Positions 26,737 through 36,450 of a DNA stretch of 64,000 nt are shown piece after piece. Position 1 is the first letter of the stretch. Each line of letters opens with the position of its first letter. The stretch comes from Patescibacteria group bacterium (GTDB lineage: Bacteria; Patescibacteriota; Patescibacteriia; JACQRZ01). The notes under the pieces are model-generated. The model saw only the letters and a program-made list of their open reading frames with translations. It did no database searches and was not told where the DNA came from. The position numbers and the translations under genes are program-made. The stretch spans positions 9,240-73,239 of the forward strand of contig JBBTRI010000006.1 of the NCBI GenBank assembly GCA_038065255.1, given 5' to 3'.

Positions 26737-28209
26737 TTGATTATGGCGCAAGAAACAGTCGTACTTCGTTTTAACGAAGTGACATTTGAATATCAAGAAC
26801 ACAAACCTCTTTTGGAAGAGGCATCTTTTTCTGTGCGCAATGGAAGTAAGATCGCTCTTATGGGGCAGAATGGTGCAGGGAAAACGACTCTGTTTAAGCT
26901 AATCCTTGGCCAATGTTCACCTAAAGAAGGGAATATTGCGCTAACCCCCAAAGACGCCACCGTCGGCATAGCGCGACAGGTAATACACACTGAAGAGAAG
27001 GACAAAACCGTTAAAGAATGGTTCGCCTCGACGTTTGCGGAAGTGCCGTATAATATCGATAAGCGTATAGCTGACGTACTTGATGCTGTAAATCTGAAAA
27101 CGGATACAGATAAAAAATTACGAGAGCATTCCGGAGGTCAGCAGGCACGCCTACTCTTGGCGTATTCACTAATTCAGGATCCGGATATTCTTTTACTGGA
27201 TGAACCCACGAATAACCTTGATCAAGAGGGTATAGACCACTTAACTGGTTTTCTCATGGTCTATGATAAGACTGTGATTGTCATTTCTCATGATGCCGAA
27301 TTTCTCAATGCTTTCACCGACGGCGTGCTGTATCTGGATTCGCATACCAAGAAAGTGGAGCAGTATGTCGGCAATTATTATAATGTTGTGGAAGAAATAA
27401 CTAAGCGCATAGAGCGTGAACGCATGCAGAACGCGCGCGCGGAGACAGAGATCAAGAAAAAGATAGCTCAAGCGGAAGTGTTTGCCCACAAAGGCGGCAA
27501 GCTCCGTTCGGTTGCAAAGCGCATGCGCGAACATGCCGAAGAAATGGAAGAGACGATGGTAGATGTGCGCAGGGAAGACAAGACGATACGGGAGTTCTCA
27601 GTTCCAGCTCAAGAATTTTTCTTTGAATTCAGCGGCAGGATACTTGAGATAAATAAAGTAGGTATTATCAAAGAGGGTGAAGCTGTTGTGAAGGATCTGG
27701 ACGTCACATTGCGGAAAAATACACATCTCCTGCTTTCCGGCCCGAATGGCATTGGCAAGAGTACATTTTTAGAAAAGATCGTATCAGGTACAGCCGAAGG
27801 CGTTACTATCGGTTCTGATGTGCGCGTCGGGTATTATCGGCAGGACTTTTCCATATTAGACTACAATCAGCGAGCATACGACAGTCTGTGGGATGCCATG
27901 GAGGAAAAAGAAAATCAACTGCTACGCTCTACGGCTTCAGGATTTCTTTTGGACAGTAAAGCATTGGATACGACAATCAAGTATCTTTCTGAAGGGCAGA
28001 AAGGTTTACTTGTGTTTGCTCGCCTTGTGCTCATGCGACCAGGCCTTCTGATCCTTGATGAACCTACGAATCATATCAACTTCCGGCATTTGCCCATCAT
28101 TGCGCAAGCCCTCAATGAATATCAAGGCGCAATGATCCTTGTGAGCCACATTCCAGACTTTGTTTCAAAGATTCGCATTGACACGACCATTGATCTAGGT
28201 GTTTTATGA
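26737..28209 (+). CDS. ABC-F family ATPase (tandem ABC domains, no TM domain)
   Basis: Two Walker A sites (GQNGAGKTT, GPNGIGKST), two LSGGQ/LSEGQ signatures, linker between domains. Confidence 0.8.
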   Translation: MIMAQETVVLRFNEVTFEYQEHKPLLEEASFSVRNGSKIALMGQNGAGKTTLFKLILGQCSPKEGNIALTPKDATVGIARQVIHTEEKDKTVKEWFASTFAEVPYNIDKRIADVLDAVNLKTDTDKKLREHSGGQQARLLLAYSLIQDPDILLLDEPTNNLDQEGIDHLTGFLMVYDKTVIVISHDAEFLNAFTDGVLYLDSHTKKVEQYVGNYYNVVEEITKRIERERMQNARAETEIKKKIAQAEVFAHKGGKLRSVAKRMREHAEEMEETMVDVRREDKTIREFSVPAQEFFFEFSGRILEINKVGIIKEGEAVVKDLDVTLRKNTHLLLSGPNGIGKSTFLEKIVSGTAEGVTIGSDVRVGYYRQDFSILDYNQRAYDSLWDAMEEKENQLLRSTASGFLLDSKALDTTIKYLSEGQKGLLVFARLVLMRPGLLILDEPTNHINFRHLPIIAQALNEYQGAMILVSHIPDFVSKIRIDTTIDLGVL

Positions 28210-28362
28210 ATTCTTTTAATTCTAAACTCTTTTCCTCCGGGCATCTATCTGTCAGACTCGAATATTTTCCTACTGGAAAATTTCTCCGACTCCGGCCGTC
28301 GTAGTCCGTAGGGTCTTCCAGACAGATATCCCTTGGAAGAGCTTAGAATTGAAAGAATTAGG
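28207..28362 (+). other. Structured intergenic region with nested inverted repeats (possible cis-regulatory RNA or sRNA)
   Basis: gaattcttttaattc pairs with gaattgaaagaatta; catctatctgtcagac pairs with gacagatat; inner attttcc-tact-ggaaaat hairpin. Confidence 0.25.
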
Positions 28363-28404
28363 AATCAAATAATAGTAATGCTATACTAAATGATGTGAAA
28401 GGTT

Positions 28405-28806
28405 TTGCCTTTTACTTTTTTATCTTATAAAAATCCTATGCCAAATCTACAGGAGGTATTTGTAACCATCCAGGAAAGCAAGAAAAAACAACGTGAACTT
28501 CGCGCTATGTATCGCGAAGCACAAGTGCAGTCAGCGGATTACCAGGATATTGTTGCAGAAATAAAAACACTCCAAGAAAAAAAGAAAACAATTGAACAGA
28601 AATTAAAATCTGAATTTTCCAAAGAACTCGAACAAATTGACCAGCTCAAATCCGATCTTAAGGAAGAACAAGAAAAACTTGTGGCGCTTGCCATCGCCCA
28701 TCTTGCCAAAGGAGAGGCGATAAGAGTAATTGACAGTTACAATAACGTCTACGATCCTGTGATTAAGGTCTCCTTCAAGAAATCTGATGATCAACGAGCA
28801 GAGTAA
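28405..28806 (+). CDS. Coiled-coil hypothetical protein
   Basis: 133 aa, Lys/Glu-rich heptad-like sequence. Confidence 0.4.
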   Translation: MPFTFLSYKNPMPNLQEVFVTIQESKKKQRELRAMYREAQVQSADYQDIVAEIKTLQEKKKTIEQKLKSEFSKELEQIDQLKSDLKEEQEKLVALAIAHLAKGEAIRVIDSYNNVYDPVIKVSFKKSDDQRAE

Positions 28807-29589
28807 TTATTCGATTTCGTAGGTAAGTGTCACATTGACTCTCACCTCCTGTGAACCCGCTTGGATCGATGGGGCTGCTTTTAATTCTGCTGATCCTCCT
28901 CCTAGGTCATATGAAGCCATTCCCTGATAGGGGTAGGGTCTGTCCGATTCTTCGCTGATGGAAATAAGTTTACCAATCTTATATCCTCCTACTTCCGAAA
29001 GCTTTTGAGCTTTATCTTTTGCTACTTTGATAGCTTCCGTGAGAGCCCTGTGTTCAAGAAGTGTTGGATCGTCAATGGTAAAATCGGGCCCCGAAACATT
29101 ATTTGCACCCTTATCCACAGCGCCAGAGATACTATCGCCGATACTATTCAGCTCGCGTATTTTTACAAGGACTGTTTGAGAAATAGTATATCCATTAATT
29201 TCCGGTGGGGGACAGACGGAAGATTCTTGATCGCTTTTGGGTGGAGGACAATTGAAATACTGGTATCGCGGGTTAACGGAATAGCTCTGTGTTTGAATAT
29301 CTTTAGGATCTACTTTTTTGCTTTTGAAAAAGTCAGTTATTGCATTCATCTTGGTTGTGTTATCCTTTTGAAGATCGGAGAGATTTTTGCCGCCCTCTGT
29401 GATAACGCTAAACGTAAGCTGAGCGACATCTGGTATGGCAATGACTTTCCCCTCGCCATTGGCATTAAATGTCCGCTTTGAAGGCTGAGCGTTGCTGTAG
29501 GATTGTTCGTAGTTGAAGAAGACAATTCCGACAACAATCATGAATAGAATAATGGCAACACCAAGAGCATTTTTGATAATTGTATGCAT
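28807..29589 (-). CDS. SIMPL-domain (DUF541) protein, membrane-anchored
   Basis: N-terminal TM helix; paired beta-alpha repeats typical of the SIMPL/26 kDa periplasmic protein family. Confidence 0.65.
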   Translation of the reverse strand: MHTIIKNALGVAIILFMIVVGIVFFNYEQSYSNAQPSKRTFNANGEGKVIAIPDVAQLTFSVITEGGKNLSDLQKDNTTKMNAITDFFKSKKVDPKDIQTQSYSVNPRYQYFNCPPPKSDQESSVCPPPEINGYTISQTVLVKIRELNSIGDSISGAVDKGANNVSGPDFTIDDPTLLEHRALTEAIKVAKDKAQKLSEVGGYKIGKLISISEESDRPYPYQGMASYDLGGGSAELKAAPSIQAGSQEVRVNVTLTYEIE

Positions 29590-29685
29590 AGGAAAAAATA
29601 TGATTCTTACACATAGTATAGACTCTTTGGTTTTTGAGCGCCAGTTTGATATACTGAAAATCTCATAGCACTACTATTTACTACT

Positions 29686-30459
29686 ATGGACCCCATTGAA
29701 CAACTTTTAGTATCTATCATCAAACAGGCCGGGAAGATCACGATGGATTTTTTTGGCAATTCTCATGTAACGCATACCAAATCTGACGAAGCGGATGTGG
29801 TGACCAATGCCGACATGGCATCATCAAGCCTTATTCTTACAGCAATTAATGAACATTTTCCGGATCATGGCGTTATTTCAGAAGAGGAAGATGATGTTCG
29901 GGCAGATAAGGAATATGTGTGGATTGTTGATCCCATTGATGGTACAAGGAATTACGCCACGCATACGCCGCTCTTTGGCATTTCCATTGCAGTTGCACGG
30001 AATAGCATTGTTGAGTATGCGGCTATATACTTGCCTTGCACGGATGAGTTGTTTTATGCGAGAAAAGGCAGTGGAGCAACTATGAATGGAATTCCGATCC
30101 AATGCTCCAAGAAAGAAAGTCTTCAGAAAAGCTATGGCGCAGGATTTGCTTCATGGCACCGCGAACGACTTACGATTTTAAAAAAGTTTGTAGACGCGGC
30201 AGATGCATACGAATATTGGGTGTGTGGGACGGGATCGACTGTTGTATCGGCAGTATATGTTGCAGCAGGGAAAAGAGATTGGTTTATATCTAGTGATTGC
30301 AATGTGTGGGACTATGCGGCCGCTTCACTTATTTTATTAGGATCCGGATGTCGTGTGACGAATTTCAAAGGAGAAGAGTGGACACTTCAAGATGATGAGT
30401 TTTTGGCAGCAAATGAAGCACTCCATAAGCAATTGCTGAAAATCATCAATTCAAAATAA
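29686..30459 (+). CDS. Inositol monophosphatase family protein (SuhB/CysQ-like)
   Basis: WIVDPIDGTRNY and downstream WDYAAASLI motifs. Confidence 0.8.
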   Translation: MDPIEQLLVSIIKQAGKITMDFFGNSHVTHTKSDEADVVTNADMASSSLILTAINEHFPDHGVISEEEDDVRADKEYVWIVDPIDGTRNYATHTPLFGISIAVARNSIVEYAAIYLPCTDELFYARKGSGATMNGIPIQCSKKESLQKSYGAGFASWHRERLTILKKFVDAADAYEYWVCGTGSTVVSAVYVAAGKRDWFISSDCNVWDYAAASLILLGSGCRVTNFKGEEWTLQDDEFLAANEALHKQLLKIINSK

Positions 30460-30514
30460 AAATCGGCCGGATTCGATGATGCATGTGGTGCATTCTTCGA
30501 ATCCAGCCCTTGCT

Positions 30515-31540
30515 CTACAGAGCAATCTCCATGCCTTCGTATGCCGCTTTGGTTGGGATATCGCAGAGCGTTTCTACGAACGTTGCGAGTTCCGTGATCT
30601 TGTAGTCTGATGCTGCAGGGTCATGGTGTGTTGTCATGATGCGGAGCGGTGAGCCTGCGCGGGCAACTTTGGCGATGTACTCGGGATAGGAGTGTCCCCA
30701 GTTGAGCTTCTGGACGCTGCCGACACCAAGGTAGTCGTCGAGTGAGTACTGGCAATCGGTCGTCCAGAGATCTGCGCCAGCAACCAGGTCCTTGAGCGGG
30801 ACGGGAATGGCATCATTGCCGTAGGGCTCATGGTCGGTGGTGAAGCAGAATACCTTGTCATTGAAGGTGATGCGATAGCCGAATGTTTCCTGGGGGTGAT
30901 GGAGCTTGCGTGCCTTGATGATGATCGGACCCTCGTCAGACTGGATGGTGATTGTCCAGCCATCGTGAATGGTATGGAATTCCATTTCCATTCCAGTATG
31001 CTTGAGTTCACCGAACATGACTGGGAATACAGGGTGATCCATTTGTCCCTTCAGGACCGTTTCGAGATTCGCATCCCATTCCTTGCCGCCATAGAAGATG
31101 AACTTGTTCTTGAACACTCCCTTTGGCATGTAGAGCGGGTTGAAGAATGGCAGGCCCTGGATGTGGTCCCAGTGAACGTGGCTTTGCAGAATTATTCCCG
31201 AGAGCCCTTTGGCTTCGAGTGTTTCGGGCATGAGTGCGGAACCCAGTTCACGCAAGCCCGTGCCCATGTCGATGATGATGAGAGTCTTTCCGCAGCGCAC
31301 TTCCACACAAGTGGTGTTGCCACCATAGGTAGAGCGCACTTCGAAGGGGAGGTTCGCATCAACCCAATTCTCAAGAGTACTTTCCGATTGTTCCCCAAAC
31401 GACGGATCGTTTTGGGCAATCTTCAGAGCCTTGAGAATTTTCTCGCGAACCTTGGCGCCGGTGAGTGGCGAGGGGATGGACCCCCGCACTCCCCAGTACC
31501 GGATAATCATAGGCGCTTTCATGGTGTACTTCCTTGTCAA
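30515..31540 (-). CDS. MBL-fold metallo-hydrolase
   Basis: HVHWDHIQG metal-binding motif; beta-lactamase fold pattern. Confidence 0.65.
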   Translation of the reverse strand: MTRKYTMKAPMIIRYWGVRGSIPSPLTGAKVREKILKALKIAQNDPSFGEQSESTLENWVDANLPFEVRSTYGGNTTCVEVRCGKTLIIIDMGTGLRELGSALMPETLEAKGLSGIILQSHVHWDHIQGLPFFNPLYMPKGVFKNKFIFYGGKEWDANLETVLKGQMDHPVFPVMFGELKHTGMEMEFHTIHDGWTITIQSDEGPIIIKARKLHHPQETFGYRITFNDKVFCFTTDHEPYGNDAIPVPLKDLVAGADLWTTDCQYSLDDYLGVGSVQKLNWGHSYPEYIAKVARAGSPLRIMTTHHDPAASDYKITELATFVETLCDIPTKAAYEGMEIAL

Positions 31541-31646
31541 TGTACGTTACGTGGCTAAACTCACTCGAGCTTGCCTTCGTTGTACACCTTGACTCTATCC
31601 CCGGAAGGAGTAATGTACAATATGTATTAATAACCATTAGACAACT

Positions 31647-32423
31647 ATGCCAAATACCGAAGCAATCCTTTCAAAATTGGGCCTATCATCTTCTGAGCAA
31701 GAACTCTACCTCACTATGAGCATGCAGGGCGCGCTTACGGCTAGCGAGCTTATGAAGGCAACCCATATGAAGCGCCCCACACTCTACTACGCCCTCAAAC
31801 AGCTTGAAGATAAGGGACTGTTGCATAAGGTTGTAGCTGCACTTGGTGTCACGCGTTTTCAGGCGGAGCAGCCTGAAAAACTCGCAACACTACTTGAGTT
31901 GCGCCAAGAAGAAATAAAATCACTCATCGCAGATGTGCATGCATGGATTCCGGAACTCAAAAAGAAAAAAGAACTGCATGAAGGCTTGCCGGCCGTATCG
32001 TTTTATGAGGGCGAGCAGAATATGAAAATTGCCATTATGGAAACACTCTATGGGCGTTCGCGCCATATCGATTCCCTGGCGCCTAATGATAATTTTTTTT
32101 GGCAAGCCGGGCAGCCGTTTTCTCAAAAGTATATTGATCAACGCCGTGCAAGAAATATTACAACACGAAATCTCTGGGAGCAGCAGCTTAAGCCGGAAAT
32201 CATGCTGAAATCATACAAAGGACTTTCTCAAGTAAAAATATTGCCCAAAACAATGCATGGGAAATTTCGAACAACAATGTTTCTCTATGACGATATAGTT
32301 ATGTATATTGCAAGCAAAAAAAGCGGCTACGTACTTATGGTGAAATCACGAGAGCATTATGAGATGATGAAAGCGATGTATGATACGCTGTGGGAAATCT
32401 CAAAATCAGTGAAACTTGATTAG
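31647..32423 (+). CDS. TrmB-like wHTH transcriptional regulator
   Basis: N-terminal LSSSEQELYLTMSMQGALTASELMKATHMKRPTLYYALKQLEDKGLL helix-turn-helix. Confidence 0.45.
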   Translation: MPNTEAILSKLGLSSSEQELYLTMSMQGALTASELMKATHMKRPTLYYALKQLEDKGLLHKVVAALGVTRFQAEQPEKLATLLELRQEEIKSLIADVHAWIPELKKKKELHEGLPAVSFYEGEQNMKIAIMETLYGRSRHIDSLAPNDNFFWQAGQPFSQKYIDQRRARNITTRNLWEQQLKPEIMLKSYKGLSQVKILPKTMHGKFRTTMFLYDDIVMYIASKKSGYVLMVKSREHYEMMKAMYDTLWEISKSVKLD

Positions 32424-32569
32424 GTATATCTTTTGAAATGGGATTGTTTTTGATCTAACCCTGAAGCAGTTTGGAGTGGATAATCCTCTTGTATAAATTG
32501 CACAAAGGAGTACTTTTGGAAGGAGAAGAACTTGAAAAGAAAAAGAAAGAACTATTTCAACAATAGAGT

Positions 32570-33082
32570 ATGCACTATTCATATTGTTTGCTTTGCGGCG
32601 GTGCTCTTAAAAAAACACAAACTTGTTTCGTATGCGTGCAATGCGGTTATGAAGTGTACGAAAACCCAAGACCATCAAGCGGACTTATTTTTTTTACCGA
32701 TAGAAATGAAATCCTTCTATTAAAACGTTCAAGAGAACCTCGTTCTGGTGCATGGGGTATTCCCGCTGGTTTTGTAGATCAACAGGAGAGTTTTGAAGAA
32801 TCCGCAGTACGAGAAGTTCGTGAAGAGCTTGGAATATATTTAAAAACGATGACATATTTTCGATCATATGCTGATATTTATGATTATCAGGGAGTCACAC
32901 TCCCTATTTTGACAGCAATTTTTTGTGCACAACTTGCTCATGATGTGCAGATTAAGCTTGACGCTGAAAATTCTGAATATGCATTTTTTAAGTTTGAAGA
33001 TATTCCTTTTCATAACTTCGGATTTCAAAGCCACTCACAATCAATCCATGATTTTATAAATGAAAAGAATAAAATAATATGA
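32570..33082 (+). CDS. NudC-like Nudix hydrolase with N-terminal C4 zinc ribbon (NADH pyrophosphatase-like)
   Basis: CLLCGG...CFVCVQCGYEVYENP zinc ribbon followed by Nudix box GIPAGFVDQQESFEESAVREVREELGI. Confidence 0.6.
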   Translation: MHYSYCLLCGGALKKTQTCFVCVQCGYEVYENPRPSSGLIFFTDRNEILLLKRSREPRSGAWGIPAGFVDQQESFEESAVREVREELGIYLKTMTYFRSYADIYDYQGVTLPILTAIFCAQLAHDVQIKLDAENSEYAFFKFEDIPFHNFGFQSHSQSIHDFINEKNKII

Positions 33083-33498
33083 ATCAGACAATACTTGCTT
33101 TCGGGTATCCTAAAACATTGTTAAAGGAATATACTTATTGGGTTGTAATGCTTCGTCCACAACAGATCACAATAGGCTCTCTCATAGTGGCAGCGAAGTC
33201 AGATGTTACTAAACTCGGAGATCTTGAGAAAGAAGCGTGGTTGGAATTTTCTGGAGTAGCTCGCGAGATGGAAGAATTACTTACTCGCGTATTTGACGCA
33301 GAAAAGTTTAATTATCTTGCACTTATGATGAAGGATCCTAATCCTCATTTTCATTTCGTACCACGATATTCAAAGCCAGTAGTATTTAACGGTAAAGAAT
33401 ATATTGATGCGGATTGGCCTCTTAAAACTGAGCTAAGGGCGCTTGACTTATCAAGTGATGAATTCTTGTTAATTATGAATGCACTGAAGAAAGCATAA
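33079..33498 (+). CDS. HIT-like (histidine triad-like, degenerate) protein
   Basis: NPHFHFVPR motif resembles a HIT H-x-H-x-H motif with the first His replaced; overlaps the Nudix gene by 4 nt. Confidence 0.4.
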   Translation: MNQTILAFGYPKTLLKEYTYWVVMLRPQQITIGSLIVAAKSDVTKLGDLEKEAWLEFSGVAREMEELLTRVFDAEKFNYLALMMKDPNPHFHFVPRYSKPVVFNGKEYIDADWPLKTELRALDLSSDEFLLIMNALKKA

Positions 33499-33521
33499 AA
33501 TATCCAAGCTACACGAAGTTT

Positions 33522-34559
33522 ATGAATGAAAAGATAAAAGTTGGAATTATTTATGGTGGAAAATCTGCAGAACATGAAGTGTCGTTGGAATCAGCGAAGA
33601 GTATTATCAGCGCTATTGATAAAGAAAAATACGATATTACACCCATCTTGGTAGACAAAAGTGGTAAGTGGTCCTTAGATGGAGGTCAACATGTCGTTCT
33701 CGTTCCGCAGGGTAATGGAGGACTTATTAATTTGGATACTCAACAATCGGAAGGGAAGTTGGACGTTGCCTTTCCGATACTCCATGGACCCTTTGGAGAA
33801 GATGGCACAATGCAGGGCTTGCTTAAACTTGCGAATATCCCCTTTGTAGGCGCGAGTGTCTTAGGTTCGGCCGTTGGCATGGATAAGGACGTGATGAAAA
33901 GATTGCTTAGAGATGCGGGAATACCGATAGCGCATTTTATGACTATCACCGAGAAGACCATTCCGACATACGAAGAGGTTGTCAAAGAGTTCGGATCATT
34001 GGTATTTGTGAAGCCGGCAAATCTTGGTTCTTCGGTAGGCGTAAATAAGGCTAGTGATCAACTGTCGTTTGAAAAAGCGATTCACGAAGCTTTTCAGTAC
34101 GATAGAAAAAGTATCATAGAGGAATATGTAGAGGGTAGGGAGATGGAATGTTCCGTTCTGGGAAACGACGATCCGATCGCTTCTGTTCCTGGGGAAGTTA
34201 TTCCAACTCATGATTTTTATTCATATGATGCTAAATATGTTGACGAACATGGCGCGACGTTTGATATTCCTGCAAAAGTGTCTGATGAAGTTACAAAAAA
34301 GATCCAGGATCTAGCCATACAAACATATAAAACACTTTGTTGTGAGGGTATGGCGCGCGTTGATTTTTTTCTGAAATCCGATGGAGAAGTGATCGTGAAT
34401 GAGATCAATACCATCCCCGGATTTACGCCTATCAGTATGTATCCAAAAATGTGGGAAGCGAGCAAAATCTCATCAACTCAGCTTATTGACCAACTGATAC
34501 AATTGGCTTTCGATCGTTTTGAAAAGGAAAAGAAATTAATAACATCGTATGAAGCCTAA
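33522..34559 (+). CDS. ddl: D-alanine--D-alanine ligase
   Basis: KIKVGIIYGGKSAEHEVSLESA N-terminus; ATP-grasp motifs; C-terminal NEINTIPGFT. Confidence 0.85.
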   Translation: MNEKIKVGIIYGGKSAEHEVSLESAKSIISAIDKEKYDITPILVDKSGKWSLDGGQHVVLVPQGNGGLINLDTQQSEGKLDVAFPILHGPFGEDGTMQGLLKLANIPFVGASVLGSAVGMDKDVMKRLLRDAGIPIAHFMTITEKTIPTYEEVVKEFGSLVFVKPANLGSSVGVNKASDQLSFEKAIHEAFQYDRKSIIEEYVEGREMECSVLGNDDPIASVPGEVIPTHDFYSYDAKYVDEHGATFDIPAKVSDEVTKKIQDLAIQTYKTLCCEGMARVDFFLKSDGEVIVNEINTIPGFTPISMYPKMWEASKISSTQLIDQLIQLAFDRFEKEKKLITSYEA

Positions 34560-35160
34560 AGATATTATTCCGAAAGATACGCGTTATGTGCCGTTTGTTC
34601 AGGAGAAAACTCACTGTGTTCCTGCATGTATTTCAATGATTATGTATCATCAGGGCATCCCGCTTATTTCCCAACAAGTTCTTGGTCATGCCATGGGAAT
34701 GATAGTTCATAGGGATGATAAAAAATTATTTTGGAGTCCGCCAAAGGCATCCGCGAATTATATGGGAAGGGGATATTATGGTACGCAGATCGGATTAAAA
34801 AAGTATCATCCGAATACGGTATTTCCTAAGCTTGGCATCCCATTGGAAATGGTTTTTCATCCAATCAGCAGTTTTGATAAATCCGGTATAAAAAAATTTC
34901 TTCTTGAAACCCAAAAGAGCGATAAGGACATTATTGTGTGTTTTGATGCTGGGAAATTAAACGGTCATGGCAAAAGAGGAGGACACGTATCTGTATTTGA
35001 TGTTGTTGAGCCTTCAAAGAACAGCGTAAGAATTGTTGATCCTCAGCAAAGCAGGCCAAAGTGGCGGAATATTTCTATTTCATTGCTCTATGAATCAATG
35101 AAGTTGCACGGCGACAAAAATATGGGCGGTTTCTGGGAGTTTCGTAAGAAGATTTTGTGA
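34549..35160 (+). CDS. Hypothetical protein, possibly papain-like cysteine peptidase fold
   Basis: HCVPACISMIMYHQG Cys-containing motif near the N-terminus plus downstream His; weak. Confidence 0.3.
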   Translation: MKPKDIIPKDTRYVPFVQEKTHCVPACISMIMYHQGIPLISQQVLGHAMGMIVHRDDKKLFWSPPKASANYMGRGYYGTQIGLKKYHPNTVFPKLGIPLEMVFHPISSFDKSGIKKFLLETQKSDKDIIVCFDAGKLNGHGKRGGHVSVFDVVEPSKNSVRIVDPQQSRPKWRNISISLLYESMKLHGDKNMGGFWEFRKKIL

Positions 35161-35174
35161 TATACTGAAAGGAT

Positions 35175-35702
35175 ATGGAAAATGATAACCAAGTAGTCAT
35201 TTATACAGAAGACAATGGCTCAACTCGCCTTGAAGTTACTTTTCGAGACGAAACAGTTTGGCTTAATCTTAATCAAATTGCCAAACTTTTTGGACGCGAT
35301 AAATCCGTCATTTCGCGACATCTATCTTCTATTTTTAAAGAGAAGGAGCTAGATCGAAGGTCAACTGTTGCAAAAAATGCAACAGTTCAAATTGAACAAG
35401 GAAGAGAAGTTGTTCGTCAAATAGAGTATTTTAACCTTGATGCAATTATATCAGTTGGATATAGGGTTAATTCAAAACAAGCAACGCAATTTCGAATGTG
35501 GGCTACAGACACCTTAAAAGAACATATCTTGAAGGGGTATACAGTTAATGAAAACCGCCTTAGGGACAACCAAGCATTAAAACTGAAGGAACTTGAAAAA
35601 ACAGTATCATTACTTCAGGGAGTTATCCGCTCAAAAATACTTAATGATATCGTTGGTCACAAACTTGCTTTCGAAAGGATGATATATGGTATCGAGGCAT
35701 GA
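35175..35702 (+). CDS. RhuM-family N-terminal domain protein (paralogue of 8557..9030)
   Basis: VVIYTEDNGSTRLEV...TVWLNLNQIAKLF...YFNLDAIISVGYRVNSKQATQFRMWATDTL. Confidence 0.6.
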   Translation: MENDNQVVIYTEDNGSTRLEVTFRDETVWLNLNQIAKLFGRDKSVISRHLSSIFKEKELDRRSTVAKNATVQIEQGREVVRQIEYFNLDAIISVGYRVNSKQATQFRMWATDTLKEHILKGYTVNENRLRDNQALKLKELEKTVSLLQGVIRSKILNDIVGHKLAFERMIYGIEA

Positions 35703-36426
35703 AATTATACAGAAATTGACCGATGGCTTAAAAAAGAATCCGCACGTTTTCGCATTGTGGCTTGAAGGCGCTGATTCAAATAATACTGTTGATAAATTCT
35801 CCGACATCGATGTTTGGCTTGATGTAAAAGATGGTAAAGAACGAGAAGTGTTTCGGTCTATCAAAAAGATTTTGCAAAAGCTTGGTCCGACAACCCTCTT
35901 GGGCTTTCTTGATAATCCCAACCCCGATATTTTCACACGGGCATATCATCTTGATAATACTCCCCCAACACTTCTTATAGATATTTGCGTTCAGCGCCAT
36001 AGCCGTAATTTTGTTTTTATTAAAGAACATACGCATGAGCGTCCCAAAATACTTTTTGATAAGTGCACTGTGATACAGTATAAGAAGCTTAACGCAGCTG
36101 AAGAAAAGTGCATACAACAAAAGAGAATAGAGTTTCTTAAAAGTGCACTACGGCAAAAAGGGAGGATTATTGCTAAGATAAAACGCAAGGACTTCCTTGA
36201 AGCCCTTGCATACTATCACAAATGGGCACTTGCACCCTTAGTGGAACTTTTACGCATCCGATATGCGCCATTAAAGCGAGAATATCATCTTAAGCATGCT
36301 TCACGCGACCTCCCAAAGCGCGTTGTCGCACAACTTGAAGATCTCTACAAAGTAGCATCAGTAAAAGATATTCAATCAAAGCTTAGTAAAGCCTGTAAGC
36401 TTTTCTATCAAACCCTAAAAAAATAA
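35686..36426 (+). CDS. Pol-beta-superfamily nucleotidyltransferase (KNTase/ANT-like) with helical C-terminal domain
   Basis: FALWLEGADSNNTVDKFSDIDVWLDV (G-x-S...D-x-D motif); overlaps the RhuM-like gene by 17 nt. Confidence 0.5.
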   Translation: MVSRHEIIQKLTDGLKKNPHVFALWLEGADSNNTVDKFSDIDVWLDVKDGKEREVFRSIKKILQKLGPTTLLGFLDNPNPDIFTRAYHLDNTPPTLLIDICVQRHSRNFVFIKEHTHERPKILFDKCTVIQYKKLNAAEEKCIQQKRIEFLKSALRQKGRIIAKIKRKDFLEALAYYHKWALAPLVELLRIRYAPLKREYHLKHASRDLPKRVVAQLEDLYKVASVKDIQSKLSKACKLFYQTLKK

Positions 36427-36450
36427 ATAACAATACCTAATAAAACTATT

